In this document: positions 1 through 9,582 of the stretch, piece after piece
Position numbering within the stretch: the stretch's first letter is position 1
Layout of the letters: each line of letters begins with the position of its first letter
Assembly (NCBI GenBank): GCA_049999805.1
Contig: JBNGIO010006348.1
Span: forward strand, 74,554-94,553
DNA length: 20,000 nucleotides
Direction of reading: 5' to 3'
From: Folioceros fuciformis
Taxonomy: Eukaryota
Position numbers and translations under genes: made by a program
The notes under the pieces: generated by a model
The model's database searches: none
Told to the model about the DNA's origin: nothing
Seen by the model: only the letters and a program-made list of their open reading frames with translations

Positions 1-452
1 TGTCACTTAACTATTTCATGCTCGGCTACTTGTCGGACGTACAGGTAGTCTCATGAACTTTCTCCTTGAACCATTCTAGGACACGCATAAGCTCCCAAGC
101 ATTGTCTAAGAGAGAGTATCTTCTAACATTTGAATTTTACAGGAGAGCTTCTCGCTGTGTCTTCAGGGGCGAGCGAGATGCTATGAATTCTGGTTAAGCA
201 GGTACGAGTCTCGGACTATTTTACAAGTTAGCACCTGCACACCAACCCTTCGAGCCTTCACCTATAACATGGTGTCCGAACTTGACCCCTTCTAACGGCC
301 AGCAATTTCACTGTCTGCACAGGTTGGATCTTTGATATCTGTATTCCTGAAAACGCAGTTCCACCTAGGTCCCCCAAGTTGGAGCGAATGTTGTGGCCGG
401 TTCTAACTTTTGATTCGTTTAACCCCAGAGGGTGATGTAGAATGGAAATAGC

Positions 453-2575
453 TTACCTCTCCGGACCTGCCCAGAAGTTTTTTTCTTTCGGGCCAGTGGG
501 TCCTTCCTCTCCTCCGAGCTCACCTGGAAGCTTGTCAAGGAGATCGGTCAATGAGTTTCTCAGTTTACTCGGCAGGGCTGAAAGCAGTTTGTCAAGCTCA
601 GTCCTGAAATCATATTGTATCGAGGGGCCCCATTGTCTCATGTACTGCAACCATGGGGGCTCTTCCAAGCAACTTTCCACTAGGCCTCTCGCTCCCAAAT
701 ACTCCATGGACACAATCTGGTATGCTGTGCTAACATCTAGGATAAACTTGCTCCTGGCTGTATCGTTCCGTATTCCCACCCCGAGAGTACTATCTCCTTG
801 CAGGTTGACACCCTCGTGGGCATATGCCGAATGGCCATTCTTGGAGGAGTACACCACAGGATGGTTGAGTGAGATGAACTCTAGGTCGCCTGGCTTCAGC
901 CATTGTCCCTTGCTGTGCTCCCCGAAGTAGATCTCCTGCAGCTCCCCATAAAAGTTGCCTATCCTGAGAGTAAAATGTTCCCAGTCCGACACATGTTCCC
1001 CAATTTTGCCCAGGGATAAATTGATCAATTTGATTTTGGCCTTGCTTGCTCCGTTGAAGGGGTAGTAAATCCAGCATTGGACTTCTGTGGTGGTTCCACC
1101 GAACATGGATTTGACGTGCACATACGTTTCAGCCGACCCCAAGTTTCCTTTCTTTACCTCATCGGCCGTCCCATCGTTCGGTAAATCAATCCAGTATTCC
1201 CCGTCGTTAGTCCCTCCAGCTGGTAAATTGGATCCGTCCAAGCTGATCCTCTCAGGGCTGGAAGTCGAGTTTTTTTTATACAGCAAAGCCCCCTGACTGA
1301 ATACCCAAGACACGGAGGAAGGGAGGTACTTTTCTTCTGGGTGGAAGAAGACAGTAGGACCATAGCTCTTCATGAGCCATTGAACCTGCTCCAAAGTTGG
1401 CATGGCATGCAGATTCCTGCTCACGTTACTAAGGCAGGTCACTGGAAGTGCATCCACTGGCCCTAGACTGGCATCGCTGTAGAAAGTCCCCACATTCACT
1501 CCAGTTCCTGTCACGCCCACCTCCAAAGGCGTCACGGTCCAGATTCTAAACGGAGACCTGTTGGAGTTGGTGCTCCAGAGAGCTGCATCCGCAACGCCGT
1601 CCTCCGTGAGATCTGACCGCACACAAACTACTTCTTGGATGTTAGGCTTGGCTTCGGTTGTAGTCACCACGTATCCCAGCGTTTTATAACCAGTGGGTGC
1701 GACCGGCATCCAAAAGTAAGCAGGGCCACTCTGCTTCCCACTCCATGTGTTGCTGCTCCAGACGAAGGTGTAGTCGATTGGGCAAGCCAATGGGGAGGCG
1801 TCATTCAAACGAACAGGATGTGCCAAAGAGTCACACTCCTGCACTGCAGGAAGGTGCATAGCGCAAGAACTCAGGCTTCCAAGTGATTCTTATCCCACTT
1901 GCAGAAAGACGATCAAAGAAAACTTCACCGAGCCGGCTAAGCTGTGAAATCTCATTTTCTTCCTGCACAGGCTACTTCAAAGAAATATCTTACCGTTGAA
2001 AGAACTGGTTTCTGCCACCGCAAGCATCCATCCAACAGGCTCGCCGTTGATTTGGCAGTGATGTCCGAGGCAGAAAAATTCCGAAGGTAAGGACAGAGGC
2101 TTGTATACGGCAGCCCCAGAGTTGTTTTGCCCTGGGAAGCTGCTCCAAACCACATCGAGCGACCAAATCTGAGTGACTGTAATCTCTCCAAGAGATATAG
2201 TCCCAGTTCCAAAGCCTGTTCCTGTTGGATGTGCACAAACTAAAATTCTTGAGAAAGTTGTGGACATCAACACCTTCGAAAGAGTTCGTCCCAATACCTT
2301 GAGAACAACAAACTAACTAACACTTCACCAAAAAATACCCGACCTGTGCCACCCAACTTTCAAACTCGCAATCACTGTAGTCCGGAAAACCAGCTTCTCA
2401 AGGAAAGCTGAGTGGCATGCCACGACGAAACTAACATGCATGACTTACCCGTCGGCCATTCCGGGACTGGTCCGAGCATTCCAGAATTGCTGTTCAACTC
2501 CCGTAGCTCCGCCAAGGATGAGACAGTGGTGTTAGATCCTCCCCAGGGCCAGGTTAGGCAGCCACACCGCACCAT
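453..2575 (-). CDS. Vps62 / DUF946 family plant protein; exons 2575-2449, 2221-1994, 1843-453 (or 1843-457 plus a small terminal exon 346-292)
   Basis: Three ORF-track segments join in phase across GT-AG introns (WPTG|TGFGTGTISLGEITV; ...FN|VQECD...). Family motifs recalled from knowledge: P.P.WP.G.GF..G.I.LG, FFHPEEKYLPSSVSW, YWIDLP, WIYYPFNG, GEHVSDWEHFTLRI, HPVVYSSKNGH, EPPWLQYMRQWGP, EEGPTGPKEKNFW. Confidence 0.9.
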
Positions 2576-2669
2576 CGGTCCGAGTATCTTCCTCACCAGC
2601 GTCCGAGCCTCGACAGAAAATGTCTCACACTTCTAGCCGCGATGACAATAATACATAGTGGAGACAAGC

Positions 2670-2676
2670 ATATATA
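2670..2676 (-). promoter_or_regulatory. Candidate TATA box of the Vps62/DUF946 gene
   Basis: Minus strand reads CTATATATGC about 95 bp upstream of the ATG at 2575; motif and position only. Confidence 0.4.
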
Positions 2677-3956
2677 GACAGCCAGGGAGTGGCTAAGCTA
2701 AACTTTAAGCACTACGGAAGTGACTTCCCCACCACCCAAGCACTCCCGTCTCCTCGAAATCGTCATGAACTACCCAGACGAGTTTCCTGACAACCTCCTG
2801 TGGAATGTGAATCAATTGCCTTACCAGCCAGAGCTGGAACTGGCAAAGCCAGGGCTCGACGCGTAACCTCCAAGGTTCCTGCTATCCAGTAAAGGAGAGA
2901 CGTGATGAGGCCACGACCCTACCTCCGGAAAGCAACGCTTTCAGTTTAAAGCGGCTCAGCAGCCTGTAAGCCACTTAGCATCAGAGGTAAGGTAAGCGAG
3001 GATGCAAGACAAAGACGAGCCCAGCACTGCAGGCCAGTGGCACAAAGCAGGTAAGAGAGGCACCCCACAGCACGGACAACTGGGCTGCCAACATCATTTC
3101 AAACTTTCTGAGCAATCGGGTGTAAAGCGATCTATTCTGGCACGCAGCAGACAGAGAGGTCGCATTTCCGCATTACCCAAAACGCGTTGCACGGAGCCTT
3201 ATCATCCAACTCTAGGTAACCTCCAGCATGTTGTGCCTCGCCTCCTCATCCTCTACATCAACTCTGAGCTTAGATCAACTAGCGAATGCAACACACACAT
3301 TCAGCAGTATCCCACGACTTGACACTCTAGTTGCCATCTTGTCCTATTTTCTCGTCCAGACTCTGCCGGCAAACGTTGCCAGTGGGAGCGTGTACTCGGT
3401 CCGAAATTTCACGAGGTCCCAGAGCGACCCCGGCTGCTCGAAATTCGCAGCACCGCAAATTGGGCCCAGCTGTAGAGCTGGGATGGCTGCGGCCTCCGAG
3501 AACGGAAAACAGACGACACTTGGCAGCGCCACGTGTGACAAGCAGGGCAGCCTGTCAGAGCTCCCAGTATGCAAACTGTAAGCGCGCCAGCTCTGCATGT
3601 TTTGTTTGAGCAGAAGACATTACGTAATACAGTACATCCATCGTTGGCATCCTGGGTCCATCCATATGCCTCTCGATCGGCCTTGTCACCACGGATAGCG
3701 GGTACCAATATTTAATACGGTATTACTGAAGATAAGCAAACTCATATAGATATTTAGTGCGGATTGATAAGCTACTGGCCAGATGGACACACATACCTCG
3801 CACCCGAGTTGAGACTAGGTCTACCCACAGGCCCGGAATGACAGTCGTGACTAGTTTGAGGAAGTTATTTCTCTGGACAATGCTCCTGCATTGATGGAGA
3901 GGATGCTCCACCTTGAAGTCTGGTGTCCAAAGAACATCACACGCAATTTTTTTCGC

Positions 3957-5013
3957 TCATGCAAGGCCGATAGTTTCTAGACCGCCCAGTCTAAGGCCAG
4001 GGTCATAATTGACGAAAAGCATGAACTCGTTGCCTAGCTTGTTTTGGTGCTGTGGCCTGAACTTGCAGGGATACGCATGTAAGAGCCCCCCAACGCGTTC
4101 TCTTTGAACAGCACCTGTAAAACCCAGAGCACGGACGTTTAGTGCATTTCAAGAAGACAAGGTTCAACGTGACTCCTTATAATGAAGTTCAATGCATTTC
4201 AAGAAGACAAGGTTCAACGTGACTCCTTATAATGAAGTTCAATGCATTTCACGGACAGATCCCACAATCCTCCCAGTGCGGAGAATTCGACAACAACCTG
4301 TGAGTAACAAGAGAATGGAATTTTCCGGCTCAACTGCAAGGTGCTTCATAGACTGCACAGTCTTTAGTAAGCACTCTTCACTCTGCATGGATTGAAACGC
4401 TTGTTAGAAAGGCTGACCACGACGAAGCAATGCGATTCTTCCATTCTGCAACTGACTGGGAAGTTGAGGCTATGGCCGAGATGATGGCTTGCCAAGTATG
4501 GAGGATCAGCCACGACAATGTGAAAAGCACCCTGGCATTCGGTTGGCACATCTTGAGGGAAGTTGTAGTCGTAGAAACTAAAATCATCGCCATACTTCGC
4601 AAACCGTCGGTCATACTCAAACAAATGAGCGTCTACTTCACGGTGCTTGTTCTGCATTCAAGACAATCCCATTCTACCCCTCAGAAATCAAGTCCGATAC
4701 AGTATAACCGTCAGAACCATCCAAAGTACAGCACCTTGAGTTCTACATAAAGAGAGGGACATGCGACACAGGCAATCCTCGCAGAATCGAAGGCCTTGCT
4801 AAGATGGTGGAGCTCCTCCGCGACGGTGGCTGCCGTGGCAGCATCATACCAGAATTGGCTCAAACGCCAATCCTCGACCACTATGTCCACAGTTCCGTCT
4901 TCGGCAACATCTGCCTTGTTTTCTTCCTCTTCTTTCCTCTCCGCAATCCATTCCCTCAGGGCAGCAAGAGTAGCGACGCTGAGCTGAGGCTCCTCATCGT
5001 CTTCCTCCGCCAT
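3957..5013 (-). CDS. EEF1AKMT1: EEF1A lysine methyltransferase 1 (N6AMT2/Efm5 family); exons 5013-4735, 4651-4493, 4382-4298, 4114-3957
   Basis: Spliced translation gives LSVATLAALREW, EDWRLSQFWYD, IACVACPSLY, LFEYDRRF, FYDYN.P, VVADPPYL|SEECL, LLLLTG|AVQ and FRPQHQNKLGNEF, all characteristic of this family. Stop TGA at 3959-3957. Confidence 0.92.
4143..4251. repeat. Perfect 50-bp tandem duplication (about 2.2 copies) in intron 3 of EEF1AKMT1
   Basis: TGCATTTCAAGAAGACAAGGTTCAACGTGACTCCTTATAATGAAGTTCAA occurs at 4143 and 4193; a third TGCATTTCA starts at 4243. Confidence 0.95.
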
Positions 5014-5167
5014 GCTTCGCCCCGGAGTCGCTTCTCTAACTCAGAAGGCCGGTTAACTGACGTAGGACGGTTAAGGGTTTAAGGCCAACTGCCCTAACGA
5101 AGCATCCTGATTTGGCTACAGGTTGGACCAGCTTGCCAGATCCGTTGTGGGGCAGATCCGAGCAGCC
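5014..5167. promoter_or_regulatory. Short divergent (bidirectional) promoter region between EEF1AKMT1 and KRTCAP2
   Basis: Only 154 bp separate the two predicted head-to-head ATGs (5013 on -, 5168 on +). Contains TGACGT and an imperfect telo-box-like TAAGGGTTT. Confidence 0.55.
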
Positions 5168-6016
5168 ATGGCGCAGCCTGTTGATTGTCAGTCACGGTTT
5201 GCTTCTGTGAAACTTCGAACTTGGATGCTGCAGATGGACTGGTTGTGACTACTTGCGGTGGTAATTGTGGAGCTGGAAATTGGTAGCTGAAGCTTGTGAA
5301 CTGTTGTGCTGGTCAGATCGGAAGCGTTTGACAAGCACGGGCAACTCGATGCTCTATTCCTTTCTTCTCTTCGTCATCACACTCTCGCTGCAGCAGGTCT
5401 ACAGGGAGAAATTGGCTTCAACTGAGTTGTTCACCATCTTTGGCGGCTTCGTCAGTTCCCTTTTGTTCGTCCTAGTTTTGACTGTAAGATCCGCTGTTGT
5501 TTTCTGATTGTCGAGCGTGATTTTTCTCCGTATTCGGACTCTGGTCACGTGTCTTTGCGTTTGCAGTTTGTGGGCAATTTACAAGAGTCGCTCGGATCAC
5601 GAACGGGATGGGGAGCTGGTACGCTTCCACCTCGGTTGACAATACTTTGGGGTGGCTGAGCTGCAAAACCTAGGATCAGAACTTGTTGGTTGTATGGGGT
5701 GCAGTGTGACATAGGCTTGCAAAGCCTGTGATCGCAGATATACTAATGCGTGGAAATTATCTGCAGTTCTCCTTGCCGAATTTATCGCTGTTGTGGCAGC
5801 AGGTTCGGTGCATAGGGTCTCTTGTACCACATGGTGAGTTGTGGTGATTTGGAACCTCTCTTGCATTTCATGTAGCCTTCTTCCCATCCTGTTGCAGTGG
5901 TCCTGATGTGTGCGTACTTGTGCAGCATACTGTTCTCAGCCGTCCTTTTGTACGAAGTGAACAAAATCTCTGGTGTGATGCATCAGCAGCCCGACCCGAA
6001 GAAGAAAGCAGCTTAG
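5168..6016 (+). CDS. KRTCAP2: Keratinocyte-associated protein 2 / oligosaccharyltransferase subunit KCP2; exons 5168-5186 (tentative), 5317-5483, 5567-5618, 5767-5833, 5926-6016
   Basis: Spliced translation SMLYSFLLFVITLSLQQVYREKLASTELFTIFGGFVSSLLF...|FVGNLQESLGSRTGWGA|VLLAEFIAVVAAGSVHRVSCTTC|ILFSAVLLYEVNKIS...KKKAA* matches the plant KRTCAP2 pattern and ends in a KKxx ER-retrieval motif. The start codon is uncertain. Confidence 0.88.
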
Positions 6017-6372
6017 CGTCATTCAGTGGTTTTGCATTCTTGTACCAAGGTCTTATCCTCGGGAGGGGCTGGGCACCTGTAAGCCGGAGGTCAATGATGT
6101 GTTCGCGGATAGCTCTCATCATGAAGTCGTAGCCATTGCAGGTCAAGGTCTTGAGTGAACGCCAGGTTCAAGCTAAACGTCCCAATGGCAAAGTATGTAT
6201 CTGGCTTTGCCCATTTGAATGTATCCTTACGGGTGGCCATGGACCTTTTGATCTGGTGGATGCGGTGTCATAAGATGGTTTCTTCCAAAACTCCTCATGT
6301 CAAAGCCTTTATCTCAAACGCTGGATCATCGTTATCCACGTCGACGCGTCCGTGGACAGCTTTGAATGACCG

Positions 6373-8122
6373 ATGATTGCCATGGTTTCCACGATTGCAC
6401 CTGGGTCTCCGGCGTTCAGTGCATTCCACTCACAGCCCAGGATCAGAGTTTCGGCTTCTATCTCTGGCAGACTGCGGGTTTCTGGCCATGAGTCCAAGGC
6501 AGCACAGGGTGGATACCCACGGGGCGGGAGAGGTTTTGGGAGAAGGCTTGTGCTGCAGGCCCCGGTGTGGTTTTCCTTAGCTGGTTTATGTGGCGTTGGT
6601 GCGGAGCATTCACATGCCGTGGTCCCTGCAAACATCGATCTCGGGAAAGCTCCTAAACGCGCTTTTGATCCAGCGGATGGAAGGCTGAGGGATGCTGCCA
6701 CTGTGTTCGAAAAGGCGCTGGATGCACCCACGGTACGTAGGTCGAGAATCAGCATGCCCTTCCTCGCTGGTAGCTGTTTGCTAGTGGACTGGAGCCACAT
6801 TGGTGCGTACTGCAGATTGAGGAAGAGGAAAGACTCTGGACAGAAGTCATCGACAAGTATGGAGAGATTGAAGCGGAGTGGGTTCCTGACATTCTCTCCA
6901 GAGCGTGGGGGAACCGCGGGAACTGCCGCAGTCGCCAGGTTAGAGTCAATGTCGGCAGAATTGGGGTTTGAGACGGATTTTTGAACGTGCTTCCCACCGG
7001 TGGCTGAGTAGTCGGAGTGCCTTGATGCTATTTAGCTGTTCAGGGAAAAATGGAGCAAGCCCTACAGGATTTCGACCGATCTATCGAGCTAGCACCGTAA
7101 GGCCTCCTTGTCCTGAATTTTGATGCTCTCAAGTGGCGGGGTCTGGGGCGCCTTCTCAAAAAATTGTTCGCCAAGAACTGACGAAGCTGCCAATGCTGCA
7201 GTTATGCAGTAGATCCTGTCCTGAACCGCGGGGTTGTGCTGGAGAGCCTTGGACGCTACGATGAGGCCGTTGCTGACTACAAGGCCGTCCTCTCTGTCCA
7301 GCCAAATGATCCTGCTGCCCTCAACAACTTGGGCAACGTGCTGGTAAGCTGCAGCATCTCACGTACCCCACAATTCTGAAGGCTGATCTCGCACCCTTGC
7401 TGGAACTCCAATCCCTGCTTTCTCTGGTAACAATCACAAAAGCCCCTAGCTCGAAGTGCAGTATTTTTCGGTGTTTGCAGGCTGCCATGAGCAAATGGGA
7501 TGAAGCCATCTCCACTTATCGCAGAGCTGCTCAACTGGCTCCCGAGTTCTCATTTGCAGCTGCGAATTGTGCTCTGGTTGGTATATCTTCTTACTATACA
7601 GAGACCAGCTATTGAACGCAGACCTGCCTTTCCCTCTCACTCGAGTTCCGCTCATCTACATGCGCTGGTTGCAACCTGACTCAAGCAGGCGCTCTATCAA
7701 GTTGGTCGGGACAACGAGGCTATCCGCCAGTTTCGCTCTCTTCTAAGAAGATACCCTCAGGTACACTTCATCTCACAGCTCTAAAGCTCTCCCTACCACT
7801 ACCTTCTAACCAAGCCACACTCCCTAAAAGACCCAGTTGGTTGTCACAGTTTCCGGACATGAGAGCAGCTCTAGCGGTATCCTTGTACGCGCAGGGGCTG
7901 ACTGCCGAAGCAGAAAATAACTGGGGTCGTCTGGAGGTACATCCACACATCTCCTCTAACTCGGTTGCCATCCCGGTTTCCTTCCTGCTCTGACACAAAG
8001 TCATGGTTCCCTGTGGCCAGGACGGGAGATACAGGGACAGGAACTGGGTCCGAGACACCAGGAGATGGCCTCCACGCCTCGTAACCGCACTGGAGGCCTT
8101 TCTGGATGTGAAACCAAACTAA
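6373..8122 (+). CDS. Plastid-targeted TPR protein, cyanobacterial-like (C-terminal RRWPP motif); exons 6373-6732, 6816-6938, 7044-7096, 7202-7343, 7481-7576, 7689-7760, 7850-7936, 8021-8122
   Basis: Eight exons splice in phase with GT-AG. TPR units: AWGNRGNCRSRQGKMEQALQDFDRSIELAP, PVLNRGVVLESLGRYDEAVADYKAVLSVQPND, ALNNLGNVLAAMSKWDEAISTYRRAAQLAPEF. C-terminus YPQFPDMRAALA...DGRYRDRNWVRDTRRWPP. Ser/Arg-rich N-terminus. Confidence 0.85.
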
Positions 8123-8985
8123 ACGAGAAGTCATACGGCACACTGTTTTGGCAGACACTGTGTCTGATACACTCTCGCACCTCCTAGAGCACTGGAATCA
8201 CAGCCGAATCAGGGCTCCCACTGTCGCCACGGCACCTAATTCTCTATTCAGGGCTGCCGTTTTCCAGAAGCAGATGCGAATCCGCCACCACAGATCCCAG
8301 CTTCCTTTTCCCGCAACGCTACAGCGTCACGGGGGCGCGATGAGACATTGCCCGCCCTAAGAAGTCCTCAAGAACGACACGGCCAGGCCAGTTGACGAAG
8401 CCCTCCCCCCCGGCTGCCCTAAACCCTCGTTTGGCAGCGAGGTGCCCGGCAGTAGATGCCGGAGCAGCTGAAGCTACGTAAGGCACGGCACAAGCTCCAA
8501 GAAGACAAACAAAGTTTGGCGCTGTAGACATGCCTGGTGTGGACACGTTGAAGCATAGTCGCCAGGCAGCCAACTCCTAGGAGCCCGCAGCCAAGTATTA
8601 TGGCCATGGAAAATGGCATGTTCTGCGCAATTCCTCACAAAATGCTGGACGAGCGTCACGACACGACCGCATGGACCTGGCAAGCAAAACCCCCTTCGAA
8701 GCCAGGTCCGCATCACAACCCTGTCAGCCCGCCATTCTACACCGCAAGCGCGGGCCCATGGAAGGGTGGTGAGATCTATGGGGTGCGCTCAGGAATGGGA
8801 AATTGGTGACGCTCCTCTTGGTCTCATGCTCCCCTTGCCCTGATCCTCCGAGTACCCTGATGCTCTTCCCGCCCTGGTGCTCGGCTCCAAGGTTTGCAAA
8901 GCCGCACTTTCTCTTACAGAAAGCTCATTGTTTAATCTAATGTAGGCTTGCAAAGACAACAAGCCGAACAGGAATTATTATAATT

Positions 8986-9023
8986 ATCTTCGTATTATAA
9001 TTCAATGATTATAATAAGAAGAT
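8986..9023. repeat. AT-rich imperfect inverted repeat (17-bp arms, 4-nt loop)
   Basis: ATCTTCGTATTATAATT-caat-GATTATAATAAGAAGAT: 15 of 17 Watson-Crick pairs, one T:G and one mismatch. Confidence 0.75.
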
Positions 9024-9157
9024 CGTAGTGTAGACTACATGAATCCACAATGTTTACACAGGAATCAGATCATCCAGGCCCGGACCATCGTCAAATGGAC
9101 CTCGTTGGAGAAAGATGGTCGTGTATTCAAGCTTTTCCAGTTAGAAGAAAGGAGGCA

Positions 9158-9163
9158 CACGTG
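9158..9163. promoter_or_regulatory. G-box (CACGTG) about 420 bp upstream of the CCD8 ATG
   Basis: ACACGTGG, a bZIP/bHLH core motif; motif match only. Confidence 0.3.
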
Positions 9164-9484
9164 GAGGCGGAGGGCATGGCATATGTATGTTCGACAGGTG
9201 CGGAAACAAAAGGCGTGAGGACGGGAGCATTCGTAGATTCGATGAAGGATGTCACGGGTCGAGGAGAAGAGAACATTAAGTGCTGGGGATGGCCTGTGAT
9301 ACCTTGTCGTTTTCAGGCACTGTATCGGCTTCCCAGCCAGATTTTTCTCTAAACCCGGATTCCATTGCTGGTCACTGTGGGCTAAGTGGCTGCCTTGTGT
9401 GGGGTCTACTGCTGCGGGATGGGCTCTACTTAAGGAGTCCTACTTGCTGCCGTACTTCAAAGCTCGTGCTCAGCATTGGAGACG

Positions 9485-9521
9485 AAGCTCACAGCTCAAG
9501 CTCAAGCTCAAACTCAAGCTC
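9485..9521 (+). repeat. Imperfect (AAGCTC)n hexamer repeat in the putative CCD8 5' UTR
   Basis: aagctc-ac-agctc-aagctc-aagctc-aaactc-aagctc. Confidence 0.8.
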
Positions 9522-9582
9522 GAGGAGTGCGGAGTGACAAGCTAAGTGCACTGCAGCTGCAGCAGCAGTGAGTGCAGACAAC

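Noticed and set aside
442-930. 162-aa plus-strand ORF, and other long antisense ORFs such as 6309-6800, 9514-10149 and 9881-10444
   Set aside because: Shadow ORFs opposite real exons in GC-rich sequence, with no recognisable motifs.
8148-8843. Cluster of short overlapping ORFs between the TPR gene and CCD8
   Set aside because: No family motifs or consistent exon chain; more likely 3' UTR plus GC-rich upstream regulatory DNA.
9179-9186. P1BS phosphate-starvation element upstream of CCD8
   Set aside because: GCATATGT matches only 7 of 8 positions of GNATATNC; not supportable.
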